From Opitutales bacterium (GTDB lineage Bacteria; Verrucomicrobiota; Verrucomicrobiia; Opitutales; PNEW01): a DNA stretch of 64,000 nucleotides. Under the pieces are notes generated by a model. That model made no database searches. It was not told the origin of the DNA and was given only the letters and a program-made list of their open reading frames with translations. Of this stretch, positions 9,985 to 20,983 are shown in pieces. The stretch is taken from positions 64,001-128,000 of the forward strand of contig CBDANS010000006.1 of assembly GCA_965197745.1 (NCBI GenBank), in the 5' to 3' direction. A program made the position numbers and the translations under genes. Position 1 is the first letter of the stretch. Every line of letters begins with the position of its first letter.

Positions 9985-10497
9985 TTAATTCTTTTTAATT
10001 GAATGCGCCGCGAGTTGTTTAAATTCGTTTATTTTATCACGGTATTGAGCCGCGTCTTCATAGTGTTCACTGGACACTGCGCGCTCCAGTTGTGATTCCA
10101 AATGTTTTATGCGATCGTTGAGAAGATTTTCGGCAATTGCTTTTTCTGGAATCTTCCCCAGGTGACGATACCCGGCGTGCATTTTTTTCATCAAGGGATT
10201 GAGCAAGCCACTGAACGTTTTGTAACATTGAGGACAACCTAACCGTCCCGATTTTTCAAATTCAGTTTGTGAACAACCACAATCCTCACAGCGCAGTACA
10301 TTTAAATCCAGAATGATAGTCGAATCGTCTTCGATATTTCCGAGGCCGAGCAAATCGCAACTGGAAGGATGTAAAATGCTGGCTTTTTCAGCACAGGTCG
10401 GGCAATAGCTCTCGGTGGTTAATTCACAACCCAGCACCGTTGATACATGTATAGTTGCCCTTTCATCACACTCTACACATTTTACTTCTTTCGACAT
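9985..10497 (-). CDS. mcsA: McsA-like CxxC / UVR-domain protein
   Basis: Four CxxC motifs, GRLGCPQCY..F, H.GKIP, C-terminal EHYEDAAQYRD. Confidence 0.8.
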   Translation of the reverse strand: MSKEVKCVECDERATIHVSTVLGCELTTESYCPTCAEKASILHPSSCDLLGLGNIEDDSTIILDLNVLRCEDCGCSQTEFEKSGRLGCPQCYKTFSGLLNPLMKKMHAGYRHLGKIPEKAIAENLLNDRIKHLESQLERAVSSEHYEDAAQYRDKINEFKQLAAHSIKKN

Positions 10498-10723
10498 ACT
10501 TTATTAAATAAATCGCTTAAAACTTAAATGCCAATGAACCGGTTGTCTAATTAATACCAGATTTTATCAATATTAATTTAGAGCATAATGTTCCAGCATA
10601 TTCGAGAGAATAGTTTAAAAATATCAGTGGCCTTTTCAGATTAAGATAACGAATGGGGATGGTGCGCGCTATATGATTGATCCCGATTTTTAAAATACGA
10701 GTCGGATAATTCTGATTAATTTA

Positions 10724-11644
10724 TTATAAATTCCCGCGATCATTTGAACGTTTATCATTTACAAGTGTTCCGCTGTGGAGAATTCCCTGGTCCATGACTC
10801 TGTCTCTCCAGGAAACGGACGCATCGAAGATTTTCTCATTGGTATCGACCGTAGATACGAGAACACCCGCTTTATTACGGGGCAGCATTCCAGTGATCAT
10901 CCCATCAGCCCTGACGAAAAAACCAGGGAAAGCGGATTCTTTCGCCGATGTATTATTACAACTGATCCAGACATAATTATTGGCCGCGTAAGCTTGCATT
11001 GTGGGTGGCGCTAAAAGACCGGAGGTAACCGTATATCCTTTTACTTTTCTTACCCGCGGGCCAAAATAATTTTGAACCGACTTCCAAAATCTGGCACTGT
11101 AATGACCTATGTGGTAGGAGTGAAACATAAGCTTTACCCCTCTCCTTTTATACTCTCGATAAAGTTCCTGGTAGCGCATGTCATGGCATATTAATGCTCC
11201 ACACTTCATCCCTTTAATCGTAAAAACGCTGAAACGCTCACCCGAACTGTAATGCGCCAGATCTTCCGTATTCTCAGATTTTGCGCCCACACAGAATAAT
11301 TTATCATAGCGATCAACAATACTACCCCGGTCGTTTATAATATATAAACTGTTATGGGGTTTATGCTTTCCTGTCAGTCGATGGGTCGAACCGAGTATTA
11401 CCCACAGCTTTAATTCGCGCGCCAGTTTGAGTACCTTCTTACTGCAGATAGTGAGTAAATCCCAATCAAAATTATCATAAGATTTAAATTCTGATCCGGC
11501 ATAACCACTAAGACAAAGCTCAGAAAAATGAGCAACATCTGCGCCCTCATTTTTGGCTTTATGCATTTGTCGCAATACATAGTGAGTGTTACGCTCTATG
11601 TCCCGATCCACGGGAAACTGGCAGGTTGCGACAACAAGCTTCAT
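10724..11644 (-). CDS. Carbon-nitrogen hydrolase (nitrilase superfamily)
   Basis: Catalytic triad motifs FSELCLSGY, RYDK, LICHD. Confidence 0.88.
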   Translation of the reverse strand: MKLVVATCQFPVDRDIERNTHYVLRQMHKAKNEGADVAHFSELCLSGYAGSEFKSYDNFDWDLLTICSKKVLKLARELKLWVILGSTHRLTGKHKPHNSLYIINDRGSIVDRYDKLFCVGAKSENTEDLAHYSSGERFSVFTIKGMKCGALICHDMRYQELYREYKRRGVKLMFHSYHIGHYSARFWKSVQNYFGPRVRKVKGYTVTSGLLAPPTMQAYAANNYVWISCNNTSAKESAFPGFFVRADGMITGMLPRNKAGVLVSTVDTNEKIFDASVSWRDRVMDQGILHSGTLVNDKRSNDRGNL

Positions 11645-11713
11645 AATGCCCCTTCACATGAATGTAGGATCATAGGTGATAATTGATACTAAGTAGAAAA
11701 ATATTTTCCCTTT

Positions 11714-13054
11714 TCATTGGACCTCAATGGCAGCCTGATGCATAGCCTCTATTAACCCGTCGACATGGCTCTCATCCATGGCCAGGGACAGGCTATTCAT
11801 GGCCAGGGTATGAGAAAGAAAATAACCCTGCTTTAATAGTGAATGAAAAACCAGGTGTGTTATCTCCGCGTCATTAGTGGCTATATTTCGGTATTTGTTG
11901 GCTTCTTTATCGGTAAAATAAATACTGAATACGGAACCGATGCCTACCACTTGCGCTTTTATACCGGCACCCTCAAGGGATTTCCTTAAACCTCTGAGCA
12001 ACCGGTCACCCAATCCGTTAAGACGGGTATAGGCCTCTGGCCTCAACTGCTTAAGGGTCGCTAATCCTGCCACCATTACAATGGGATGCGCGCTAAAAGT
12101 ACCACTTTGAAAAAAGCCTGTCGGCCCCGAAGAGTTATCGAAAAGATCCATAATATCCGCGCGTCCTCCAAATGCGCCAGCGGGAAACCCACCCCCCACC
12201 AATTTACCAAAAGTCGTCAAGTCAGGGGAAATGGCGTAAGATTCCTGAAGCCCCCCATAGCCTTCGCGAAAACCGACGATTTCATCAAATATGAGAAGCA
12301 CATTGTTTTTACGGGTGATTTCACGGACCGCCTGGACAAAACTTTTGTCCAGGGTCATGAGCCCGGCCTTGGGGTCGAATATGACGCAGGCTAATTCATC
12401 CCGAATTTTTTCGATCAGGTCCTCTACCGAGGACACATCATTGTAGGGAAGCACAACAACTTCCTCCGCGGCGTGCGGAGAAGCCCCACCGGCACTGGCA
12501 ATTGAAAGAGGACTGTTTTCGGGACCCGCTTGATCCGGGGGCGGGGCTACGCTGACTTCGACAACGTCATGGCTTCCATGATAACCGCCTTCGAATTTAG
12601 CAATTTTTGAGCGCTTACTGAACCCCCGTGCCAGTCGAATCGCGTGTAATGTCGCTTCCGTTCCTGAGTTGCAAAACCGAATCCGATCTACAGATTTCAC
12701 CCGGCGGGTCATTTCCTCTGCCAATTCTGCCTCGACCCCCGCAGGCGCACCCAGCGCGATACCCCGTTTCATCTGCTTATCGACAGCCGTTAAGACTGCA
12801 GGATGATTATGGCCTAATATTTGAGTGGTATGATGGCAGGCAAAATCAACAAACTTTCTCCCGTCTAAATCGAAGAGGTGACACCCCTCACCTCTCTTCA
12901 TGGTAAGAGGATAAGGGGCATAAAAGTAGGCGCCCTTAGCTCCCCCTGGCATGGACGCCAATGTTCGTTCGAAATACTCCTGTGACTTCGGGCTCCCTTC
13001 GCGATAGCTGTCTTCCAATGAACGCTTGAGTTCCATTACCGTTGAATTACTCAT
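11714..13054 (-). CDS. Class III PLP aminotransferase (GSA-aminomutase-like / beta-aminotransferase-like)
   Basis: NSGTEAT, GGYHG, FDEI..FR, TTFGK, SGTFS. Confidence 0.88.
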   Translation of the reverse strand: MSNSTVMELKRSLEDSYREGSPKSQEYFERTLASMPGGAKGAYFYAPYPLTMKRGEGCHLFDLDGRKFVDFACHHTTQILGHNHPAVLTAVDKQMKRGIALGAPAGVEAELAEEMTRRVKSVDRIRFCNSGTEATLHAIRLARGFSKRSKIAKFEGGYHGSHDVVEVSVAPPPDQAGPENSPLSIASAGGASPHAAEEVVVLPYNDVSSVEDLIEKIRDELACVIFDPKAGLMTLDKSFVQAVREITRKNNVLLIFDEIVGFREGYGGLQESYAISPDLTTFGKLVGGGFPAGAFGGRADIMDLFDNSSGPTGFFQSGTFSAHPIVMVAGLATLKQLRPEAYTRLNGLGDRLLRGLRKSLEGAGIKAQVVGIGSVFSIYFTDKEANKYRNIATNDAEITHLVFHSLLKQGYFLSHTLAMNSLSLAMDESHVDGLIEAMHQAAIEVQ

Positions 13055-13101
13055 GATTTATCATCCTCTCTCCTTTTCGGATTTGATTACCTGTCTATGC
13101 C

Positions 13102-13875
13102 TTAAAGTATTTTAGCCACAAAAAGTTGATTGCTTACGGATGGCCCCAAGGACTTAGGATCCGAATAATGAACAAAGGGAAAAGCCGCATTTTCAAGCAT
13201 AACCGGTAATTGCCTGACGCATTCGGTATAATCCCATTTATTATAAACGAAAAATGCACGCCGAAAAATTTCCACCTCCAGCTTATATTCAATATTAAAA
13301 TCGGGTATGAGGAGCGGCCCCGCATCGATCTGCCAGGTAGCGTGCTGATGTCTCGCGTTCATCGGATATACCGGGTATTCCGCTATTACCTCGATTGCGT
13401 CATCTCCCCAATGATCTATATAGTGCGTCCTTCCCAGGATCGGTAAATTGCCAACCATGGCGTCATGGACCTCCTCATATTCAGTCATCTCAATGACCTG
13501 TTTATAATGTCTGATCCTGGTATTCATTTCTGTGATCGTCGAACCCCTGCCGTCATGCGTGGGAATCGTTTCACCCACCCGGTTGGCCACCCTCGTGTAA
13601 CCTGCGGCTTCAGCAAAATGTTTAACAATCATGAATTGACCATTATTGGAAAGGACGAGGTGGACTTCAGAAGTAGGTCTGTGGATTAATTCTTTGTCCC
13701 TATACATCTGTTCTCCAATACAAGTATGAGTCAGAAAATACTCGCGATATTCTCCGCCTTTTTCGCGAATTTTACAACTGGCTTGAAGCGCCATTCGCGG
13801 GGTATGGTCATCGGAGGGACTCGACCACTGCACGAAGGAATTATTATAGTCAATTTTTAAGATGTCATTCATCAT
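13102..13875 (-). CDS. Hypothetical protein
   Basis: 257-aa ORF, 47 bp upstream of and co-oriented with the aminotransferase; no family recognised. Confidence 0.7.
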   Translation of the reverse strand: MMNDILKIDYNNSFVQWSSPSDDHTPRMALQASCKIREKGGEYREYFLTHTCIGEQMYRDKELIHRPTSEVHLVLSNNGQFMIVKHFAEAAGYTRVANRVGETIPTHDGRGSTITEMNTRIRHYKQVIEMTEYEEVHDAMVGNLPILGRTHYIDHWGDDAIEVIAEYPVYPMNARHQHATWQIDAGPLLIPDFNIEYKLEVEIFRRAFFVYNKWDYTECVRQLPVMLENAAFPFVHYSDPKSLGPSVSNQLFVAKIL

Positions 13876-14100
13876 TGATGAAATTAAATAGTCTAATTCA
13901 GTCCTTCTTTATAAAGTCTCAACGCATATTTCATTACACGGTGGAAGCTATTGAAGAGGCGAGCCATTTCTAAATTATTTAATTACTGCCTCCCGCTTCA
14001 TAACTGTCCTATGCCCTGAATCCCAGTAAGATAGGGCTTAAAATCTTGAATAGCCCTTGACCGTCACAACCTTATACCAATAATTAAATTTTTAATAAAT

Positions 14101-14868
14101 ATGGATTTTACTATTCCGGAGGAAAAAATAAGCCAATATAAAGTGGATGGTTACTTTATTTTGGAATCCGTTATCCCCGACGACCATCTTGAATTGCTGC
14201 GCTCTGAATGCCAATCCGCGGTTGATGAAATTGATGCAGAGATGGACCGTAAGGGCACTGATGTTCTCGGAATCAACCATCGCGGAAAACGCTATTTTTG
14301 CGGGCAGACCTATCGCACTCACCCCCGCTTAGGCACCTTCATATTCAGTGAGCTTATGACCGCCATCTGCCGTGTCACGATCGGTGATAATGCTTATTTT
14401 CATAATGATCAGTACGTCGTTAAAAGCGGCAAAACCGGAATGAAATTCAGCTGGCACCAGGATTCCGCCTATGTCCAGGCGCGCATTGGCGACCATCCCG
14501 AGCACATGACCTGCTGGTGCGCCTTAGATGACGTTACCGAAGACAACGGGACGGCTTATCTTTTACCCGTCAGCCGCTACGGCAAGCGGGAACTGGCTGA
14601 TCATATAAAAGATGAAGAAACAAATGACCGTATTGGCTATTTTGGCGATGACCCGGGCGAACCGGTAATCGCCAGGGCGGGAAGCATCGCCGTTTTTTCA
14701 ACGCTTACTTTTCATCGCAGTGGTCCCAACTCGACCGGCCGAAAGCGACGTGTCTATCTCGCCCAGTATGCGCCCGCCCCAATTGTTAATGAGCCAGGTG
14801 CCTACCCCCAGTATTTTGCAGAACCGTTTCTCAAAGATGGCAATCCTGTTTTGCGAAAATATAAGTAA
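14101..14868 (+). CDS. PhyH-family Fe(II)/2-oxoglutarate dioxygenase
   Basis: WHQD ... W.ALDD...NG ... FHRSGPN...RR. Confidence 0.9.
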   Translation: MDFTIPEEKISQYKVDGYFILESVIPDDHLELLRSECQSAVDEIDAEMDRKGTDVLGINHRGKRYFCGQTYRTHPRLGTFIFSELMTAICRVTIGDNAYFHNDQYVVKSGKTGMKFSWHQDSAYVQARIGDHPEHMTCWCALDDVTEDNGTAYLLPVSRYGKRELADHIKDEETNDRIGYFGDDPGEPVIARAGSIAVFSTLTFHRSGPNSTGRKRRVYLAQYAPAPIVNEPGAYPQYFAEPFLKDGNPVLRKYK

Positions 14869-14971
14869 AACCTGAATATTCACTTTCAGTAAATCCATGC
14901 ACCGTCTGTGTTTTACCTGTTAATTATGCTGACATCGTTAATATTCACTCAGAACAATAACTTTGGATAAG

Positions 14972-15760
14972 ATGGCGATCGATATTCCAAAAGAAAAAAT
15001 TGAACAATACGAGATTGACGGTTATTTCATTTTGGAATCCGTAATCCCGCAAAAGGATATCGAACTGTTGCGCACAGTATGTAAGATCTCCATGGATGAA
15101 ACGGATGCGGAAATGGATCGTTTAGGAACCGATGTTATCGGCCTTAACCATCGCGGGAAACGGTATTTTTGTGGTGGCATGTTGAATAAACATCCCCGTA
15201 TGAAAGATTATATTTTCAGTGAACTCATGGCTGCCATTTGCCAGGCGACTCTTGGCCAGAATATTTTTCTTCATGGCGATCAGTTTGTCGTAAAAAGCGG
15301 TAAAACCGGTATGAAGTTCAGTTGGCATCAGGATGGTGCTTATGTTCATAACCGTATTGGCGATCATCCCGAGTGCATTACCTGCTGGGCTGCTCTCGAT
15401 GATGTGAACGAGGAAAACGGCACGGCCTATCTTCTCCCCATAAGCCGCTTTGGTAAACGGGAGATTATCGAACATATTAAGGATGAAGTGACCAATGATC
15501 GCGTCGGCTATTTTGGTGATGATCCCGGTGAACCGATAATTGCTCCGGCAGGCAGTATCGCTGTTTTTTCCAGCCTCACCTTTCATCGCAGCGGCCCCAA
15601 TCCCACGGGATTAATGCGCCGTGTCTATCTTACCCAATATTCCCCCGCACCTATATTAAATAAACCCGGAGGTATTACTCAGTATTATGCTGAACCCTTT
15701 TTAAAAAATGGTCTGCCTGTTTTTTCAGATTCATTTGAGAAGGTGGGAAAAAGGACATAA
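14972..15760 (+). CDS. PhyH-family dioxygenase, tandem paralog of 14101..14868
   Basis: Same motifs; long identical stretches (VVKSGKTGMKFSWHQD, GYFGDDPGEP). Confidence 0.9.
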   Translation: MAIDIPKEKIEQYEIDGYFILESVIPQKDIELLRTVCKISMDETDAEMDRLGTDVIGLNHRGKRYFCGGMLNKHPRMKDYIFSELMAAICQATLGQNIFLHGDQFVVKSGKTGMKFSWHQDGAYVHNRIGDHPECITCWAALDDVNEENGTAYLLPISRFGKREIIEHIKDEVTNDRVGYFGDDPGEPIIAPAGSIAVFSSLTFHRSGPNPTGLMRRVYLTQYSPAPILNKPGGITQYYAEPFLKNGLPVFSDSFEKVGKRT

Positions 15761-15872
15761 TCTTTATTATAAATACCCGCATGAATTTCATGCCATTTAC
15801 AATGGCCGGGTGATGATTTTTGGGATTTTAGAATATCTGTCATCGCTGTCTTACCATAAAATACCGATTCGA

Positions 15873-16397
15873 ATGAAATGCAGACAGGTCATTTTCAGTA
15901 TCATTCCAGTTTTATTATTGGCAGCATGCAGTGCTGGGAACCCTGAAGTTCCAAGTGATGATATTCGGTGGCAACAAATCGAGACCCTGTTCTATGAATA
16001 TAAATTGAAGTATTTCTCCAAGGTTCCGGAAACTACTGTTGACCAGATTCCGAACGACTTAAAAAATCATGATCTGATCATTATTGATGTGCGCAGTCCT
16101 GAAGAAAGAGCGGTGTCGTTTATCCCCGGATCCATCACACGCGAGGAGCATGAAAATATTACAGTTAGCAAAGATACGAGGATTATCACTTATTGCACGA
16201 TTGGAATGCGCAGCGGACTATACGCGAAAAAACTGAGGGATAACGGTTTCAATGCATACAATCTAAAAGGAGGGGTTCTCGCGTGGGCACACCAGGGAAG
16301 GAAATTTATCGACGGAAACAGTGTAACCTTAAATCGTATCCATGTTTACGGGCAAAGTTGGGAGCTTGTCCCTGAAGGTTACGAAGCTGTGTGGTAA
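15873..16397 (+). CDS. Rhodanese-domain lipoprotein
   Basis: Lipobox LLAAC after [27 protein letters not shown]. Confidence 0.85.
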   Translation: MKCRQVIFSIIPVLLLAACSAGNPEVPSDDIRWQQIETLFYEYKLKYFSKVPETTVDQIPNDLKNHDLIIIDVRSPEERAVSFIPGSITREEHENITVSKDTRIITYCTIGMRSGLYAKKLRDNGFNAYNLKGGVLAWAHQGRKFIDGNSVTLNRIHVYGQSWELVPEGYEAVW

Positions 16398-16407
16398 TAA
16401 CTTTCTA

Positions 16408-18135
16408 ATGGATAAAAACAATATTGCGGCTGTGCTTGAAGAGATCAGTGTTCTCCTCGAATTAAAGGACGAGAACGCGTTTAAAGTGCGCGCCTATCAG
16501 AGCGGAGCCCGCGCCCTCGAGAGTTTGGATGAAGACCTCGATACCGTAATTAAGGAGAAAAGACTCAAAAAGGTGAAAGGTATCGGCAATGCCCTGTCCG
16601 AAAAAATTGAGACCTTATTCCTTACAGACGAACTCAAGTACTACGATGATTTGAAGGCTTCCGTGCCTGCCAGTCTTGTCGAGATGTTGGATATACCTGG
16701 ACTTGGGGCAAAAAAAATAAAATTGCTTCACGAAAAGTTGAAGATCGACAGCATCGAAAAGCTCGAGAGCGCCTGCAATGCGGGAAAGGTGGCAAACCTG
16801 GAGGGCTTTGGGGGGAGATCAGAGGAAAAAATAATTGCCGGTATCAAGCACCGTAAAATTTACCGTAAACGCCATCTCTGGTGGAACGCGCAAAAGATTG
16901 CATCGCCACTCATCGAAGGGTTGCGTTCCCTTCAAGAGGTGGAAATCGCTGAATGCGCCGGCAGTCTGCGCCGGGGGGTGGAAACCGTGGGTGATCTCGA
17001 TTTCATTGTGGCTTCTGAAAATCCTGAACCGGTTATGAACTGGTTTACGACGCGTGAGAATGTAACAGAAGTTACGGCCAAAGGGGATACAAAGTCCAGC
17101 GTGCGATTCGATACCGGTTTACAGGCGGACCTGCGTGTCGTCTCCATCGATCAATTTTACTTTACCCTTCACCACTTTACCGGATCTAAAGAGCATAATA
17201 TTAAAATGCGCCACCGCGCCCTGGGCCTCGGTTACAGCTTGGGCGAGTGGGGCCTGACTCCTGAAGCGGGTAGCCCCCATAAAGGGCTGGCTAAAATCTC
17301 CAGCGAAAAAGCCCTCTTTAAAAAACTGGGGCTCAATTATATCCCCCCGGAATTACGTGAGGGGCGTGATGAAATTGAGGCCGCGGAAAAAGGCCAACTG
17401 CCGCACCTGATTGAAGATGGAGACATTCGCGGAGTTTTTCATAATCATACTACCGCTTCCGATGGCAGTAACACGCTCAGAGAAATGACCCGCGCTGCGG
17501 AATCATTGGGTTGGGAATACCTCGGCATCGCGGATCACTCCAAGGCCAGCTTTCAGGCTAATGGTTTAAATGAAGAACGTATCGAAAAACAGGTTATTGA
17601 AATTAAAAATCTGAATGATTCCAAAGAATTTAATACCTTTGTTTTCAATGGTATTGAATGCGACATTCTGGCCGATGGGTCCCTTGACATCGCCGACTCC
17701 ATCCTTTCTCAACTGGATTATGTCGTGGTATCCGTGCACAGCTCCTTCAGCTTGTCTGAGGAAGCTCAGACTAAACGCATCATCCAAGCCATTGAACATC
17801 CCTCCACCACTATGCTCGGACACTTAACGGGTCGCATTTTGCTTCGACGCGAGAGTTACAAAGTTGATGCGCATAAAGTAATCGACGCGGCTATCGCCAA
17901 TGGAAAAATGATCGAATTAAATGCCAGTCCCTATCGCCTGGACATGGATTGGCGGCTGTGGAAAAATGCTTCAGCTAAAGGGTTGCTCTGCAGCATTAAC
18001 CCGGACGCCCACAACACCGATGGCTTAAATCATTTCCGAGCCGGCGTACTGTCAGCGCGCAAGGGGGGATTAACCGCTGAAAATGTTTTCAATACCCGGA
18101 CCTTGGAGCAAGTGAAGGCTTACCTTTTAAAATAA
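16408..18135 (+). CDS. polX: DNA polymerase X / PHP 3'-5' exonuclease
   Basis: AGSLRR, GDLD, ADLR, TGSKEHN; PHP motifs HNHT..SDG, ADHS, GH.TGR, DAH. Confidence 0.95.
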   Translation: MDKNNIAAVLEEISVLLELKDENAFKVRAYQSGARALESLDEDLDTVIKEKRLKKVKGIGNALSEKIETLFLTDELKYYDDLKASVPASLVEMLDIPGLGAKKIKLLHEKLKIDSIEKLESACNAGKVANLEGFGGRSEEKIIAGIKHRKIYRKRHLWWNAQKIASPLIEGLRSLQEVEIAECAGSLRRGVETVGDLDFIVASENPEPVMNWFTTRENVTEVTAKGDTKSSVRFDTGLQADLRVVSIDQFYFTLHHFTGSKEHNIKMRHRALGLGYSLGEWGLTPEAGSPHKGLAKISSEKALFKKLGLNYIPPELREGRDEIEAAEKGQLPHLIEDGDIRGVFHNHTTASDGSNTLREMTRAAESLGWEYLGIADHSKASFQANGLNEERIEKQVIEIKNLNDSKEFNTFVFNGIECDILADGSLDIADSILSQLDYVVVSVHSSFSLSEEAQTKRIIQAIEHPSTTMLGHLTGRILLRRESYKVDAHKVIDAAIANGKMIELNASPYRLDMDWRLWKNASAKGLLCSINPDAHNTDGLNHFRAGVLSARKGGLTAENVFNTRTLEQVKAYLLK

Positions 18136-18153
18136 ATTGTCTCCGCTGAGCGA

Positions 18154-19299
18154 TCAAAGGAGATCCAATGCGGTGTCCAGTTCTTCCCGCGTATTGAAAA
18201 AATGCGGTGAAAATCTCAGCCAGAATTTTTTATCGCGCGTCTGTCGTAATGAGACCGTAATCTTTGCCTCTGTGAATGTATCGTGCAGTGCTTTCAGATC
18301 GGTGTTCTCTTTGCGAAAGGATGTTATCCCGGAAAGTCGGCTGTCATCGGAACAAGCCAGAGTGTAGCCCTTGTTCTGCAAAACTTCACGCAGATGGCGC
18401 GTGTGCTTGAGTATTGTCTTTTCAACTTCCGGCAGCCCGTACTCTAATAACATTTTCATCGCGGCATGCATTCCGGCCAGCCCGGCGAGATTCGCGCTGC
18501 CGGCTTCATACCGTCTCGCGTCATTTTTAAAAGTTATCGTATCGGGGGTAACATAATTCGGGCAGATTACATTACTCCAGCCAAGGAGACTGGGCTCGAG
18601 AATTTTACGCGCTTCGGGGCTTACGTAAAAAATGCCTGCCGCGCAGGGTCCCAGCAGCCATTTATGAGCGTCAGCAGCAAAAAAATCCACATTCCTGATC
18701 GGTGTGCTTATGGCACCCAGGGTTTGAATGCCATCAATACTGAAGAGGACATCCCGTTCCTTTAACCAGGCTCCAATGGTGTCAGTATCTGGTTGATACC
18801 CACTGATAAAGTGGGCCGTGGAAAGGGCTACGAGTCGCGTGTTTTCATCAACCCTCGAGCAGATCGCTTCCAGGGTTATACGCCCGGGTTCTGAAGGGAA
18901 AAGAGGACGCAGTTCAATACCTCGTTTCTCCAGGTTCATCCAAACAACTGCGTTGGATGGGTAATCGTCAGGTGAAAAGACGATATTCTCTCCTCGCTTA
19001 AAATTCAGTCCGTTAGCGACGAGAGAAAGACTGATCGAAGTGGGCCCAATTAACGCGATATCGGTCGCGTCGCAATCCAGTATTTCTGCCGCAAGTCTGC
19101 GGATTTCACCAAATAAAGCAGGGGTGAAAATGAGTTCCTGGTCACCCTGGGTCGCCCGATTCACATAATCGCTCATCGCCTCAGCTACGCATTTGGGGAG
19201 GGGGCAAACCGCCGCATTGGCGAGAAATATCTCCTTATCAGCAACCGGGAATTGTTGGCGCCGAAACGCTTCGTTATTGTGAATCTCTTCGATTGTCAT
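18154..19299 (-). CDS. Class V aminotransferase (cysteine desulfurase / lyase-like)
   Basis: DGIQTLGA, ADAHKWLLGP, RYEAGS, RFSPHFFNT. Confidence 0.88.
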   Translation of the reverse strand: MTIEEIHNNEAFRRQQFPVADKEIFLANAAVCPLPKCVAEAMSDYVNRATQGDQELIFTPALFGEIRRLAAEILDCDATDIALIGPTSISLSLVANGLNFKRGENIVFSPDDYPSNAVVWMNLEKRGIELRPLFPSEPGRITLEAICSRVDENTRLVALSTAHFISGYQPDTDTIGAWLKERDVLFSIDGIQTLGAISTPIRNVDFFAADAHKWLLGPCAAGIFYVSPEARKILEPSLLGWSNVICPNYVTPDTITFKNDARRYEAGSANLAGLAGMHAAMKMLLEYGLPEVEKTILKHTRHLREVLQNKGYTLACSDDSRLSGITSFRKENTDLKALHDTFTEAKITVSLRQTRDKKFWLRFSPHFFNTREELDTALDLL

Positions 19300-19363
19300 A
19301 TTTTAATTTTATACAGGTAATCACAGGGGAATATTTTTTTAAATATTAAAAGGATCTCTAATT

Positions 19364-20551
19364 ATGGAATATAAACTGTTTCTTCTGAATAAGGAAAATG
19401 AACTATGGCAATATGAGATTGGTCGTGATGGCCACGCTCAGGTGGCAAGAAAATATACGGATGGAGACTTTCCCGGCATTTTCCCCATCGCGAGAATTAA
19501 AATGTCAAATGGGAATATTTTAAATGGCTACGATGCTCAAGGGCAAATGAAAGGACGACTACTGTTCGATCCCACAACTGACAGTTTAAAGACCTATAGC
19601 GGCGATCCGGAAAAAGCAATTGAGGGACTGCGTGTCCTCGAGACCCGACAGGCTGAAGACATGATCAAGAGCGATGCGGGATCTGATTATGAAGATTTTT
19701 TCGCCCTTGAAAATTCGGTATATGGTATTTCCGGTGATCATATTGACCAGCTATCCGCAAAATCAACTCCGGAAGATAACGTCTCTTCCCATAGGGTCCT
19801 GACTATTAAAGGGAGTCATCTCATCGCCGCAGCAGTCAGTCACTGGAAGGAAGCCTTTATCAGCGATACCTCGAATAATCGCATCCTTCGGGTAAAACAC
19901 AGTGATGATTCATTGCAATTTAATGGAGAAATTATTGAAGGCCGTTTGGATGCTCCTCGAGGATTAGTTTTCAGTCCTGATGGAGAGCTATTTGTTATTA
20001 ATTGTCGCGCAGATAATAATCAGATTATCCAATATGGTTTTAGATGTTATGAGCAAATTAACGTTAATGATTATACGCGAGAAGATGTCTGGGCTGTTGT
20101 ACCCGGTGCGGGATTTAACCTGGGCTCGGCAGAAGTAAGTGATCTTACCCTGGCGAAGCGGACAAGCATGGTATTTTCCGAAAAGATGAATCCACTAAAG
20201 AGAATGCAAGAGGCCAAAGCGGGGAAGGGCCACCACGGGGTCAGCGCTACAACTTATCTTAATTGTATTGAAACTCCGGACTATTTCGGTGAAAAAGCCA
20301 ACTCGGAAGCCGCCATAATCGGTCTCGTCGAATACGAACCGGGTGGACACACTGACGTCCACGTCCATGCGGATATGGAACAGGTATTTTATGTCTTAGA
20401 CGGCAAAGCTCTATTCGAAATGGGAGAAGTGGAAAAAGAGGCGGGGCCTGGCGATCTCGTTTTTTTTCCCCGTTTTGTAAAACATAGCTACAAGGTTATA
20501 GGTGATAAACCATTTAAATTCCTGATGCTGGAATGGCGAAATCTAAAATGA
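19364..20551 (+). CDS. Beta-propeller/NHL-like N-terminus fused to C-terminal cupin
   Basis: FISDTSNNRILRV and LDAPRGLVFSPDGELFV; cupin HVHADMEQVFYVLDG...PGDLVFFP..VKH. Confidence 0.7.
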   Translation: MEYKLFLLNKENELWQYEIGRDGHAQVARKYTDGDFPGIFPIARIKMSNGNILNGYDAQGQMKGRLLFDPTTDSLKTYSGDPEKAIEGLRVLETRQAEDMIKSDAGSDYEDFFALENSVYGISGDHIDQLSAKSTPEDNVSSHRVLTIKGSHLIAAAVSHWKEAFISDTSNNRILRVKHSDDSLQFNGEIIEGRLDAPRGLVFSPDGELFVINCRADNNQIIQYGFRCYEQINVNDYTREDVWAVVPGAGFNLGSAEVSDLTLAKRTSMVFSEKMNPLKRMQEAKAGKGHHGVSATTYLNCIETPDYFGEKANSEAAIIGLVEYEPGGHTDVHVHADMEQVFYVLDGKALFEMGEVEKEAGPGDLVFFPRFVKHSYKVIGDKPFKFLMLEWRNLK

Positions 20552-20570
20552 AATTCTAGCCTCGCTTCAT

Positions 20571-20849
20571 TTAAGTGTCTCCCCACATTTTCACCATCGT
20601 TTGTTCATATTCTGGAAAGTAGTTTCCAATCAGGGGAAGATCAAAACGGCGCAGGATCATCGTATTACTTTCGCGTTCCAGGAGGAAAGTAAATGATTTT
20701 TCAATAAGATCTTCGGGGGGAATTCGACCCTTCGTCAGTTTCTGGTAATAGTCCTGAGTAAGCGTCACGGTATGCGTGGTCGGTGATTGCCCTTCTACGA
20801 GGACCTCGTAACTTTCTGCGTCACATTTTTTTACCGAGATTGCTTTCAT
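20571..20849 (-). CDS. Conserved hypothetical protein
   Basis: PEDLIEKSF.FLLERE...IL..FDL..I..YFPEYE pattern, recalled from an uncharacterised small-protein family. Confidence 0.7.
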   Translation of the reverse strand: MKAISVKKCDAESYEVLVEGQSPTTHTVTLTQDYYQKLTKGRIPPEDLIEKSFTFLLERESNTMILRRFDLPLIGNYFPEYEQTMVKMWGDT

Positions 20850-20983
20850 TTCAATCAAAGATATAGCTATAATACCGACATCCTCCAGTTGATTATTCAA
20901 AAATCCTGTTTTAACTAGTGTTATCTGTGTTTGTCTTGCCCATCGTGATATTTCAATAAAAGTATCCAGTTGACTGTAATATT

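Noticed and set aside
11714..13054. hemL (also considered for 60140..61474)
   Set aside because: Both lack the GGVNSPVRAF signature and any tetrapyrrole gene context
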